Shown here in pieces: positions 35,121 to 44,986 of a stretch of DNA of 64,000 nucleotides. The stretch spans positions 22,800 to 86,799 of the forward strand of contig MWDE01000005.1 of assembly GCA_002070395.1 (NCBI GenBank). Direction: 5' to 3'. This stretch comes from Synergistetes bacterium ADurb.Bin155 (lineage in GTDB: Bacteria; Synergistota; Synergistia; Synergistales; Thermovirgaceae). The stretch's first letter is position 1; every line of letters begins with the position of its first letter. Position numbers and translations under genes: made by a program. The notes beneath the pieces were generated by a model. The model was given only the letters and a program-made list of their open reading frames with translations. It ran no database searches and was not told the DNA's origin.

Positions 35121-37340
35121 GTGAAAAAAGTCCTTTTCCTTTTCACTTGTCTTTCCCTACTCTGGTGCGGCCCGGCCTTCGCCCAGCTGGCCGAAGGGGG
35201 TTCCGGCGCCGAGATCGCCATCCCCGACATTCCCGGCACCAGCGAGGCGGGCACCATCCAGGCCCCCGCCATACCGGACCTCAACGGCCCCGGTATACCC
35301 GACATCTTCCCCGCCCAGCCCGATACGCCCCACCTCCCCACCCAGGCTCCGGGCGCTTCCGAGGCACCTGCCGGCTGGGCCGATGCCGACCCCTTGGCCG
35401 AGTTCGAGCGCTTCATCACGGGTTCCCTCCCCGAGGACCGGCTCACCCAGATCAGCCGCTACGGCTCCGAGTTCTTCCGCACCGCCCCCTCCACCTTCGC
35501 CCCCGACGAGGCCGCCCCGGTCCGCCCCGACTACGTCATCGGCCCCGGCGACCAGCTCCGCATCGACGTCTGGGGCATGGTTGAAGGCTCCTGGACGGTC
35601 ACCGTCAGCCGCGACGGCACTATCACCATCCCCCGGGTCGGAGTCATCGGCGTGGCGGGCCTCGACTTCGAACAGCTGCAGGACGTCCTGGACGAGCAGT
35701 TCTCTCGCTTCTACTCCAACTACGAGATGAGCGTCACCCTGGGCGCCCTCAAGAACATAAAGGTCTACGTCGTGGGCAACGCCCGCAGGCCCGGCGGCTA
35801 CACCATCTCCTCCCTCTCCACCCTGGTCAACGCCCTGCTCGTCTCGGGCGGCCCCAACGAGAGCGGCTCCATGAGGAGCGTCCAGGTCAAGCGGGGCGGC
35901 AAGGTCGTCACCGACTTCGACCTCTACGACCTCCTCATGAAGGGCGACAAGACCAAGGACATCCGCCTCATGCCCGAGGACGTCATCTTCATCCCCAACG
36001 TGGGTCCCCAGGTGGCCGTCACGGGCAACGTCCGGCGCCCCGCCATATATGAAATGAAGAAACCCCTGAGCGTCGACGGCCTCATCGAAATGGCCGGGGG
36101 CATGACCTCCACCGGCTTCGAGGGGCGCATCCAGCTGATGCGCGTCGTGGACCGCCAGTACCGCACCATGCTCGAGGGCGACCTCAAGGCCCTCTCCCGC
36201 ACCTCCCTCAAGGGCACCACCCTGCAGGACGGCGACTACCTCCGCCTCTTCTCGGTGGTGGAGCGGCAGAGCGTCGTCCGCGTCTCGGGACCCGTGGCCA
36301 AACCGGGCGAGTTCGCCATCAATGGGGGCGTCAACAAGGTCAGCGACGTCATCCACTGGGCCGGCGGCCTGCTCTACTACGCCGCCGACGAAGCCGAGAT
36401 CACCCGCGTCGAGGTCACCGACAGCGGGCCCAAAACCACCAGGATCAAGGTCAGCCTCGGCGCGGCCCTCAAGGGCGACCCCGCCCACAACATCACCCTC
36501 CAGATGAACGACTACATCTTCGTCCGGGCCGTCCCCGACTGGCAGCTATACAAGCAGGTCGCCGTCTACGGCGAGGTGACCTACCCCGGCGTCTACACCA
36601 TCGGGCCCGGCGAACGCCTCTCCTCCCTCATCGAGCGCGCCGGCGGCTTCTCCCTCAACGCCTACACCCGCGGGGCCATCTTCACCCGCGAGAGCGTCAA
36701 GAAGGCCCAGCAGCAACAGATCGACGAGATGGTCCAGCGCTTCGAGAAGGACCTGCTGGCCGTGGGCCTCAACGAACTCTCCTCGGCCCTCACCCCTGAC
36801 GAGACCAGGATGCTCCAGATGGAGGCCCAGCAGAAGACCCGCCTCCTCGAGGCCCTGAGGAACACCAAGGCCACGGGCCGGGTCACCACCATGATCGCCG
36901 CCCCGTCCGTGCTGAAGGGCTCGGCCTACGACATCGAACTGGAGCACGGCGACAAGCTCTACGTGCCCCGCAACCCGTCCACGGTGCAGGTCATCGGGGC
37001 GGTGCTCAACCCGTCGTCCTTCGTCTACGACAAGAACCTCTCCTACAAGCAGTACATCCTCATGGCCGGCGGCTACTCCCGCGAGGCCAGCCCCGAGAGG
37101 GTCTACGTCCTCAAGGCTGACGGCACGGCCATGCGCACCAAGGAGTCGGCCAGGGCCACCACGCCCTGGGTCAAGGAGTTCAACCAGGACATCGAGTGGA
37201 ACCTCATCGAACCGGGCGACGCCATCGTGGTCCCCCAGAAAATCGAAAGCTACCGGGGTCTCCGCCAGACCCGGGACTACGTGGACATAATCTACAAGAT
37301 GGCCGTGACGGCCCTGAGCATCCACAACATAACCAACTAG
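35121..37340 (+). CDS. polysaccharide export protein (Wza-like: Poly_export plus multiple SLBB domains), 739 aa
   Basis: Signal peptide, then YVIGPGDQLRIDVWG....W.V.VSRDGTITIPRVGVIGVAGL (Poly_export motif) and repeated SLBB-like segments. Confidence 0.85.
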   Translation: MKKVLFLFTCLSLLWCGPAFAQLAEGGSGAEIAIPDIPGTSEAGTIQAPAIPDLNGPGIPDIFPAQPDTPHLPTQAPGASEAPAGWADADPLAEFERFITGSLPEDRLTQISRYGSEFFRTAPSTFAPDEAAPVRPDYVIGPGDQLRIDVWGMVEGSWTVTVSRDGTITIPRVGVIGVAGLDFEQLQDVLDEQFSRFYSNYEMSVTLGALKNIKVYVVGNARRPGGYTISSLSTLVNALLVSGGPNESGSMRSVQVKRGGKVVTDFDLYDLLMKGDKTKDIRLMPEDVIFIPNVGPQVAVTGNVRRPAIYEMKKPLSVDGLIEMAGGMTSTGFEGRIQLMRVVDRQYRTMLEGDLKALSRTSLKGTTLQDGDYLRLFSVVERQSVVRVSGPVAKPGEFAINGGVNKVSDVIHWAGGLLYYAADEAEITRVEVTDSGPKTTRIKVSLGAALKGDPAHNITLQMNDYIFVRAVPDWQLYKQVAVYGEVTYPGVYTIGPGERLSSLIERAGGFSLNAYTRGAIFTRESVKKAQQQQIDEMVQRFEKDLLAVGLNELSSALTPDETRMLQMEAQQKTRLLEALRNTKATGRVTTMIAAPSVLKGSAYDIELEHGDKLYVPRNPSTVQVIGAVLNPSSFVYDKNLSYKQYILMAGGYSREASPERVYVLKADGTAMRTKESARATTPWVKEFNQDIEWNLIEPGDAIVVPQKIESYRGLRQTRDYVDIIYKMAVTALSIHNITN

Positions 37341-37359
37341 GCCGCGCCATCAACGGAGA

Positions 37360-38634
37360 ATGGAAATGACTGAAAAACAGCATGAAGAGGCCCAGCGGCC
37401 GCGAGAGGCCTATGGCCCCCGCCCCGAAGACGACGAACTCTCCCTCCTCGACCTGATGCTTGTCCTGGCGAGGCACAAGCGACTCATTTTCCGCGTCACG
37501 GCGGCCTTCGCAATTCTCGCCGTGATCGTCAGCCTCGTCATGACAAAGCAGTACAAAGCCACGGCCCGCATCCTCAACCCCGTGGAGCAGTCCGCCATGG
37601 CCACCCTCCTCCAGCAGCAGCTGGGCGGCGGCGTGGCCGAACTGATCAAGCCCGACATCAAGGGAAACGTCTACGTGGGCATGCTCAAAAGCCGCACCCT
37701 CCAGGACTGGGTCCTCGACCGCTTCGGCCCCGAGGGCTGGCGGGAGACCACGGGCCACGGCAAGGAGAACCTCCGCAAGGACATAGTCAAGGAGTACATC
37801 GGCGAGGCCGAGGCCCTGGAGGACAAGGACGGCACCATCTCCCTCTCCGTCGTCTACACCGACCCCGTCAAGGCCGCCGCCATAGCCAACGCCTACATCG
37901 AGGGCCTCAAGTGGATGGCCGACACCTTCGCCGTCACCGGCGCCTCCCAGCGCCGCCTCTACCTCGAAAAGGAGCTCGAAAAGGCCCGGGCCAGCCTCAA
38001 CCGGGCCGAGGCCGACTTCCAGAAGTACCAGCAGTCCACGGGCGTCTACATGGGCGAGGCCCAGCTCACGGCCAACATCCAGAACCGCATCAACCTCCGG
38101 GCCCAGGTCGCCGCCAGGGAGATCCAGCTCAACTCCCTGCTGGCCTATGCCACCCCCCAGAACCCCGAGGCGGTCAAACTGCGCAACCAGATCGACGCCC
38201 TCAAGGCCGAGATCCAGCGCCTCGAGGAGCAGCCCGACCCCGGCGACCCCCTCAACCCCGCAGGGGGCATGCCCGCCGCCCGCTTCGAATACCTCGAAAA
38301 GTACCGCGACTGGAAGTTCCAGGAAGTACTCTATAGCACCCTGCTGAAATTCTTCGAGACCGCCCGCCTCGAGGAGGCCTCCCACCCCGTGGTTATCCAG
38401 GTCCTCGACAAGGCCGACCCGCCGGAGCTGCGCTTCAAGCCCAAGCGCAAGCTCATGGTCATCCTCGCCACGATGCTCGGCTTCTTCGTGGCCGTCTTCG
38501 CGGCCTTCGCGGCCGACTTCGTCCGGAGGGCCAAACAGGACCCCGAGCAGAGCGCCAAGCTCCAGGAATTCTCCCAGGCCTTGAACCTGGAAAGGTTCAC
38601 CCGGAGGCGGCGCCCCTCGCCCAGGGAGAGTTGA
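37360..38634 (+). CDS. polysaccharide chain-length determinant / co-polymerase (Wzz/GumC-like), no kinase domain
   Basis: An N-terminal TM (LSLLDLMLVLARHKRLIF...), a long coiled-coil periplasmic region and a C-terminal TM. Confidence 0.85.
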   Translation: MEMTEKQHEEAQRPREAYGPRPEDDELSLLDLMLVLARHKRLIFRVTAAFAILAVIVSLVMTKQYKATARILNPVEQSAMATLLQQQLGGGVAELIKPDIKGNVYVGMLKSRTLQDWVLDRFGPEGWRETTGHGKENLRKDIVKEYIGEAEALEDKDGTISLSVVYTDPVKAAAIANAYIEGLKWMADTFAVTGASQRRLYLEKELEKARASLNRAEADFQKYQQSTGVYMGEAQLTANIQNRINLRAQVAAREIQLNSLLAYATPQNPEAVKLRNQIDALKAEIQRLEEQPDPGDPLNPAGGMPAARFEYLEKYRDWKFQEVLYSTLLKFFETARLEEASHPVVIQVLDKADPPELRFKPKRKLMVILATMLGFFVAVFAAFAADFVRRAKQDPEQSAKLQEFSQALNLERFTRRRRPSPRES

Positions 38635-38638
38635 CGTC

Positions 38639-39916
38639 ATGAGGGGGCCCTCACGGGGGATGATCCTGGGCGCGATAGCCGTGGCGGTCTTCGCCCTCGC
38701 CTGGGGCACACCCGCCCCCGCCGGGGGCGAGGTTCCCCAGGGCTGGACCTTCCCCACCATAGGGTCCTTAAACGGCACCTGGGAGCTCAGCGTCGGCGCC
38801 CACCTCTGGGCCGATCATTTCGACCTCCGCAACCTCCAGCTCCGGGCCGACATCGACCTGGCGCCGGGGCTCCGCTGGCACGCCCTCGCCCGCTCCAATA
38901 GGCTGCTCAACGGCCTGGGAGAGTGGGAACCCCGCCTCGACGAGCACTACCTCGAGTGGTACGGCTTCCACAACTCTCCCTCAGGGGTCTTCAGCTTCAG
39001 TGTCAAGGCCGGGCGGGTGCGGTACCTCCGCTTCCCCTACCCCGATGCCATCTCCACCTTCGACCAGGTCCCTGGCGTCGAGGACCTAGGCGGGGGAGTG
39101 GACGTCACCGGCTACTCCGGCGTCATCGCCACCGTCGACTACGCCCACCGATCGGGCTTCGGCCTCCACGCCGCCTGGGTCGACTGGTGCTTCGGCGTCG
39201 ACCGCCCCGCCGAGTGGGCCGAGCGGTACGTCTTCTACCGCCGCACCTCCCCCCCGTGGCACTTCGAGGCCCGTTTCGGCGATCTGCCCCTCCGCACGCT
39301 GCCCATGGGAAAAACAGGTGGGGGCTACAGCCTCTTTGTGGGGCGCAGCATGGGAGACTGGGACGTGGGGCTCCTCTGGGAGGACATATCGGGCCAGCAG
39401 ACCTACACCGGCATCGTGGTCACCTTCAAGCAGGACAGCATCACCCGGTGGATGGGCGGCCTGGCCTTCGACTACACCCGCGCCCCCGAGGGCTTCGCCT
39501 TCCAGCTGCCGCTCCTTTCGGGCACCTTCGGCAGCCTCACCCGGCTCGACGCCAGCCGGGAGCCGGCCTTCACGGGCGTCCTCATGGCCCCCGGCCGAAG
39601 GGGCTTCCTCGAACCCCGGGGGCTGGTCCTGGTGGGCGAGATTGTTGCCGAGCGGGTCCGTACCTACTGGCAGAACGGCCAGGTGCGCAACTGGTACGAA
39701 CACCGGCTCTCCTCCTGGGGCAGGACCTCCGGCAGGGGCGTCGTGGCCGTCATGGTGGAGGACCCCTGGTACCTGCAGCTGGAGGCCCTGGTCAGCCCCC
39801 ACACCACCTTCTCCAGCTGGGAGGCCCTCCAAGAGTGGGAGCGCGACCGCCTCGGCCCCGCCCAACTCAGCCAGAGGGTGGTCTACCGGTTCTACGCGCC
39901 TCCCGGCGTGATATAA
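38639..39916 (+). CDS. hypothetical secreted protein (425 aa), Trp/Tyr/Gly-rich and probably beta-rich
   Basis: Signal peptide (ILGAIAVAVFALAWGTPAPA). It starts 4 nt after the wzz-like stop, inside the export module. No family recognised. Confidence 0.6.
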   Translation: MRGPSRGMILGAIAVAVFALAWGTPAPAGGEVPQGWTFPTIGSLNGTWELSVGAHLWADHFDLRNLQLRADIDLAPGLRWHALARSNRLLNGLGEWEPRLDEHYLEWYGFHNSPSGVFSFSVKAGRVRYLRFPYPDAISTFDQVPGVEDLGGGVDVTGYSGVIATVDYAHRSGFGLHAAWVDWCFGVDRPAEWAERYVFYRRTSPPWHFEARFGDLPLRTLPMGKTGGGYSLFVGRSMGDWDVGLLWEDISGQQTYTGIVVTFKQDSITRWMGGLAFDYTRAPEGFAFQLPLLSGTFGSLTRLDASREPAFTGVLMAPGRRGFLEPRGLVLVGEIVAERVRTYWQNGQVRNWYEHRLSSWGRTSGRGVVAVMVEDPWYLQLEALVSPHTTFSSWEALQEWERDRLGPAQLSQRVVYRFYAPPGVI

Positions 39917-39944
39917 TAGAGTATACTGATTCTTGGTGTAGGGG

Positions 39945-41270
39945 GTGACGGCAGTCATGAGGGAGACCCTGGACCGCATGCGTATGGCGAAATACCTGCA
40001 GCTGTTAGTCCATACCACTGTCTTCTGGGGGACCGTGTACATAATCCAACTGGTCAAGTCCAATTGCGGCATCTACTTTTTCAGCCAGTATCTCATCCTG
40101 TACTGCGCCGTCACTCTGGGTGTCTACGCCTTCCGCGGCTTCGACATGGTGCGCCGCCACCACCTCTACCACGCCGTCATCTCCATCTTCGTGGGGATCC
40201 TGGCCGGATGCCTCATAACAATTCCCGTCTTCATTCTTTTCTATGGCCAGAAAATCTCCAAACTGGAAATGACCCTGATCTTCGGGACGACCTTCTTTGG
40301 GCTGAGTATCTATCGTGCCGCGGCTTCTTACTTCGTCCTGGGCAAGAGGGAAGGCAAGAAGTTATTCGTCATCGGCGACCGGGAAAGGTGGGAACCTCTG
40401 ATCAGGGAGGTAGCCAGTCACCTGGGAGACAATCTGGACGTCAAGGCCTACATCAACCCTACCATTTTGCATTCCCTGGAACATACTCCGGCCCCTGCCT
40501 GCGCGATCCTGGTGGGCAATCCCGAAATCTATGCCGATCCGGCGGTGAAGCAATGGACCGACCGGCTTCGGGCCGAAGGCTGTTACCTGGAGTTCGCGCC
40601 CCAGCTCGCGGAAGACACCCTGGGCAGGATCCCCCTGGTGGTGGCCCATGCCTTCCGCAACTACTACAACATGCTCTTCCAGATGACCTTCCCCCAACCC
40701 GGCCAGAGGGTTCTGGACCTACTGGTGGCGGTGCCGGGCTTTATCATCGGAGCTCTCCTGTCCCTGGTCATCATTCCGGCTATCATCATTGACTCGGGCT
40801 TTCCGGTGTTCTACACACAAAATCGCGTTGGCTTGGAGGGCAACACCTTCACCATGCACAAGTACCGCACCATGAAAAACCGCGAAAACGCGCAGGCCGC
40901 TTTCGCCGACGACGACGCCGACCTGATAACCCCCGTCGGGGCGTTCCTCCGCAAGTTCCGTCTCGACGAGATCCCCCAACTTTGGGACGTGCTGAGGGGG
41001 AAGATGAGCATCGTCGGCCCCCGGCCTGAACAGCCAGAGTTCGCCGCCGAATACGAAGAAAAAATCCCCTTCTACACGCACCGCCACAGGCTCCGTCCGG
41101 GCATCACCGGCTGGGCCCAGGTAAACTACCGCTACGCCGCGGGGATAGAGGACACGAAAAAGAAACTGGAGTACGACCTGTACTATCTGAAGAACCGCGA
41201 CACACTGCTGGACATCCAGATCATCCTGGAGACCGCTGAGACCATGCTCGGCATGCGGGGGGCGAAGTAG
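39945..41270 (+). CDS. polyprenyl-phosphate glycosyl-1-phosphate transferase (WbaP/EpsB-type bacterial sugar transferase)
   Basis: The C-terminal domain carries PVFYTQNRVG..G..F...K.RTM....................FLRKFRLDEIPQLWDVLRGKMSIVGPRP. Confidence 0.9.
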   Translation: MTAVMRETLDRMRMAKYLQLLVHTTVFWGTVYIIQLVKSNCGIYFFSQYLILYCAVTLGVYAFRGFDMVRRHHLYHAVISIFVGILAGCLITIPVFILFYGQKISKLEMTLIFGTTFFGLSIYRAAASYFVLGKREGKKLFVIGDRERWEPLIREVASHLGDNLDVKAYINPTILHSLEHTPAPACAILVGNPEIYADPAVKQWTDRLRAEGCYLEFAPQLAEDTLGRIPLVVAHAFRNYYNMLFQMTFPQPGQRVLDLLVAVPGFIIGALLSLVIIPAIIIDSGFPVFYTQNRVGLEGNTFTMHKYRTMKNRENAQAAFADDDADLITPVGAFLRKFRLDEIPQLWDVLRGKMSIVGPRPEQPEFAAEYEEKIPFYTHRHRLRPGITGWAQVNYRYAAGIEDTKKKLEYDLYYLKNRDTLLDIQIILETAETMLGMRGAK

Positions 41271-41290
41271 ATGATAGGGGCGGAAATAGC

Positions 41291-42541
41291 TTGAAGCTCT
41301 GGGTAATAAACCAGTACGCTTCCAAGCCTGACGTTGCCGGGTTGACCCGGCATTTCGAACTGGCTAAAAGGCTCATCGGGTCGGGTATAAGGACACTGAT
41401 AATCTATGGGAGCTTTGACCTTTACCTAAAAAAGCAGCCCACTAACGATGACCTGCCAAAAAAGCCCAAGGTCCAGCTATCGGAGTTCGAAGGCGTCCAA
41501 TTCCTGACGATCCCCACACCGCCTTACAGGGACAATAGGTCTTTAGGGCGGATTATAAACATGATCGCTTTTAGGCGGCGTGCCTACAGCGAAATGGCAT
41601 TGGGCCGGCATGGGAAACCGGATATGATCCTGGGTTCGACGATGACCCTTTTCGGGGCCGACGCAGCGAGAATACTGGCGAAACAGTTCGACGTCCCCTT
41701 CGTCTACGAGGTGAGGGACCTCTGGCCCCTTACACCCATAGAACTGGGCGGTTACTCCCGATGGCATCCTTTCCTGGTCTACCTGGACCATCTGGACCGG
41801 AAACTGGCTCGGTCGGCGGACCTAGTGATAATCACAGCACCGTTGATGAAGGAGTACTACAAAGAACGTTTCGGCATCCCCGATGAGAAGTTCCTATGGA
41901 TCACCAACGGGACGGACCTGGAACTTTTCAAGAACTTGCCCCAGGCCGATGAAGAAGCGGGGAAAGATTCTTTCGACATTTGCTATGCCGGGGCCCACGG
42001 CCTAGCCAACGGGCTCGACCAGGTCTTCGACAAGTTGCCCGCTGTCACCCGAAAGCACCCCGAGATCCGCCTTACCCTCGTCGGCGACGGACCGTTGAAA
42101 CCCCGCCTGAGGGAGCGAGCGCAAAAGGAAGGCCTTCCAGTCTGTTTCCTGGACGCCGTGCCTAAAAATGAACTACCCCCAATATTGAACAAGGCCGACG
42201 CGCTGTTAACCTACCTTGAACCCTGCCGCCTCTACCGCTACGGCATAAGCCTGAACAAACTGGCAGATTACCACGCGATGGGCAAGCCGATACTTTTCAT
42301 AGGAGACTGTGCAGAGAACCCGGTAATGCAATCGGGGGCAGGCCTGATCGCCCAGAGTATTGAAGATTTCCCTTCCGTTCTCAATAAAGTAATCCAAATG
42401 TCTCCAAAAGAAAGGCAGGAAATGGGATACAGGGGTCGCGCCTACGCTGAGGAGCATTACGACTGGGCGGCGTTGGCGGAGAAAATGTCAATCACTCTGG
42501 ATAAGCTAATAGCGCATAGGTCGGATCATGAAGAAGCCTAA
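41291..42541 (+). CDS. glycosyltransferase family 4 (WbuB-like)
   Basis: The N-terminus is MKLWVINQYA.P......TRHFELAK.L. It has a GT-B C-terminal domain and a TTG start. Confidence 0.85.
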   Translation: MKLWVINQYASKPDVAGLTRHFELAKRLIGSGIRTLIIYGSFDLYLKKQPTNDDLPKKPKVQLSEFEGVQFLTIPTPPYRDNRSLGRIINMIAFRRRAYSEMALGRHGKPDMILGSTMTLFGADAARILAKQFDVPFVYEVRDLWPLTPIELGGYSRWHPFLVYLDHLDRKLARSADLVIITAPLMKEYYKERFGIPDEKFLWITNGTDLELFKNLPQADEEAGKDSFDICYAGAHGLANGLDQVFDKLPAVTRKHPEIRLTLVGDGPLKPRLRERAQKEGLPVCFLDAVPKNELPPILNKADALLTYLEPCRLYRYGISLNKLADYHAMGKPILFIGDCAENPVMQSGAGLIAQSIEDFPSVLNKVIQMSPKERQEMGYRGRAYAEEHYDWAALAEKMSITLDKLIAHRSDHEEA

Positions 42542-43799
42542 TTTATTACTGCTTTCCGGCGTTTACCCCTTTAGAGGCGGGGAGCCCTTTTTAGATTTGG
42601 AAGTACAAATAATTTCGAAATATTTTAATGTATTTATTTTGCCCTGTGGGGCTAATAACCAACAACGAGTGTATAACCTCCCGGAAAATGTCAGCGTGCT
42701 TGAACTTGAATCACAATACGTAACAAACCAAAAAAGGAGCGTGATCTCTTTAATTAGGTATTGCCTTGGCTCTTTTCCGTACCTTTTTCAAGAAGGCAGG
42801 AATGACTTGATCCATTTGCTTCATCCCCTTGGTTTTATAAGAGCCTTTTGGAGGGCCGTCAGGGCACAGATCATTGCCCCAATTATTTCTGAAATATCCA
42901 GAACGAAAGGTATACAGGTAATTTACAGTTACTGGATGAGCTACGAGGCTTTGGCCGCGGTTATTTCGCGGGGGAAAGCAGGTGTGGACCTGCTCACTAT
43001 TACCCGGGCCCATGGACACGACCTTTACGATTATGCCAATACGCCCCGATTTTGTCCTTTTCAGAGGCACATAATGGAAAATATTGATGCAGTGGTGACC
43101 ATTTCTCAAAATGGAGAAAACTATTTGGCGAGCAAGTATCCCGGTTTCAAAAATAAAGTCCATACTTTTCGGCTTGGGGTCGCCCGTGGTGGGAAAGCGA
43201 GCTTTTCAACCGATGGAATTTTTAGGATAGCTTCATGCTCTTCCCTTAAACCATTGAAGAGGGTCCATCTAATCCCAGAAGCCCTACGTCAAGTAGACTT
43301 TCCTGTTTTATGGACCCATATCGGTGACGGCCCCGAGATGAGCAGGGTCCTACGTTCTGTTAACGAAACAAAAAAAGAAAATCCGCTTTTTTCAGCCAAT
43401 CTCATTGGTTATTTTAAAAATGAAAAGGTACTGGAATTTTATGAGACAAACCCGGTAGATCTGTTCATTAGTGTCAGCTCCAGTGAAGGAATACCCGTCA
43501 GTATTATGGAAGCTGTGAGCAGAGGAATCCCCAGTGTTGCGACCAATGTCGGAGGCACTTCTGAATTAATCACGCCGGAACTAGGTGGCAGTTGGCTACT
43601 ACCCCCAAAAGTATCCCCAGAAGATATCGCAAATCTACTGACCCTCATTAAAAGACAGGAATGGCATATCACGGAAAGAGACAAGGCCTTTTACCTTTGG
43701 GAAAACCGATTTGATGCAACAAAAAATTACAGTATTTTCGCCAAATGGCTAATAGGATTTCAAGAAAGCAAAACAATTGAAGGGGTGGTGCCGGAGTAA
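42528..43799 (+). CDS. glycosyltransferase family 4
   Basis: GT-B fold pattern with SSSEGIPVSIMEAVSRGIPSVATNVGG (an EX7E-like motif). AT-rich gene. Confidence 0.8.
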   Translation: MKKPNLLLLSGVYPFRGGEPFLDLEVQIISKYFNVFILPCGANNQQRVYNLPENVSVLELESQYVTNQKRSVISLIRYCLGSFPYLFQEGRNDLIHLLHPLGFIRAFWRAVRAQIIAPIISEISRTKGIQVIYSYWMSYEALAAVISRGKAGVDLLTITRAHGHDLYDYANTPRFCPFQRHIMENIDAVVTISQNGENYLASKYPGFKNKVHTFRLGVARGGKASFSTDGIFRIASCSSLKPLKRVHLIPEALRQVDFPVLWTHIGDGPEMSRVLRSVNETKKENPLFSANLIGYFKNEKVLEFYETNPVDLFISVSSSEGIPVSIMEAVSRGIPSVATNVGGTSELITPELGGSWLLPPKVSPEDIANLLTLIKRQEWHITERDKAFYLWENRFDATKNYSIFAKWLIGFQESKTIEGVVPE

Positions 43800-44986
43800 T
43801 GAAAGTGGTTTTTCTCTATGTTGGAGGATTCTCTCCTCAACATTTGGGAGTTTGGCAGAAAATTTTATCACAACACAACGCATTATGCGAAAAGGGTATT
43901 TCTTCTTGGCTTCTACTAATTAATGAGGATGGAAGTACCCTTTATGATGGTCCTTTAGAGTTAAGCAAATCTTTGCCCATTTCCTCAAATTCATTATCCT
44001 TTTCTAGGTTACGTAAATTAACCCAAAAAAAAGTTATCTACGAAAAAGCACTTCTACAAATCAGAAAGCTGAATCCTGATATTGTTTACTTAAGATATCC
44101 CGCGGGCGATCCTTTTTTTGGGTTTTTCCTTAACGAAATTGAGAAACCGGTAATAACAGAACATCAAACAAACGAGATAAAAGAATTGCTTTCAAATCGA
44201 GATTGGCCGAAATTTTTTTTCGAAAAGACAATAGGTCCGATAACAAAGTCGAGAACAAGTGGCATGGTATGCGTAACCAATGAAATAGCACGGGACCAAA
44301 GTGCGATTTTAGCAAAAGTGACAAAAAAGCTTATTCCAATAAGGGTCATTTCAAACGGTATTTCATTAAAACATTCCCCTGTAAGGAGGAAAGCACCTAT
44401 CTTTGACCGGGAAATGAATTTGATTTTTGTCGGTAATATCAGTAAATGGCATGGATTAGATTCTATTATTAAAAGTATCGCAAAATACAATGGACCTAAA
44501 AAAATATCATTCAATATTGTTGGAGCTGGAAAAAACAATCAAAGGCTTAAAGAGATTTCAAAAAGGTTAGACATTGAAGATGCTATTAGATTTTGGGAAC
44601 CAAGGTCACCCAGAGCGCTGGATTCTTTTTTTGACAATGCTCATCTTGGCGTTGGCAGTTTCGGCAGACATCGAACAGGAATGTCTGAAGGTTGTGCCTT
44701 GAAACTCAGAGAGTATTGTGTTCGCGGAATACCCTTTATTGACGGCACAATTGATCCCGACTTCCCTCCGACATTTCCTTTTGGCATGCACCTTCAACCA
44801 AACAAGGACGGGTATATTAACTTGGCCCAGGTTGTGACTTTTGTTGAAAGCCTATATTTTAATTTTGAACCATTAGCCATGGTGAAAGAGATTAGGTCTT
44901 TCGCTGAGGAAAAATTAGATTGGAACATAAAAATAGAAAAACTTATTCATTTTTTTAACGAGATTATCGGAGGTCTTGAAAAATGA
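43799..44986 (+). CDS. glycosyltransferase (GT-B, GT1/GT4-like)
   Basis: FVGNISKWHGLD....I and a C-terminal ...EGCALKLREY..RGIPFI pattern. The stop and start overlap those of its neighbours. Confidence 0.7.
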   Translation: MKVVFLYVGGFSPQHLGVWQKILSQHNALCEKGISSWLLLINEDGSTLYDGPLELSKSLPISSNSLSFSRLRKLTQKKVIYEKALLQIRKLNPDIVYLRYPAGDPFFGFFLNEIEKPVITEHQTNEIKELLSNRDWPKFFFEKTIGPITKSRTSGMVCVTNEIARDQSAILAKVTKKLIPIRVISNGISLKHSPVRRKAPIFDREMNLIFVGNISKWHGLDSIIKSIAKYNGPKKISFNIVGAGKNNQRLKEISKRLDIEDAIRFWEPRSPRALDSFFDNAHLGVGSFGRHRTGMSEGCALKLREYCVRGIPFIDGTIDPDFPPTFPFGMHLQPNKDGYINLAQVVTFVESLYFNFEPLAMVKEIRSFAEEKLDWNIKIEKLIHFFNEIIGGLEK

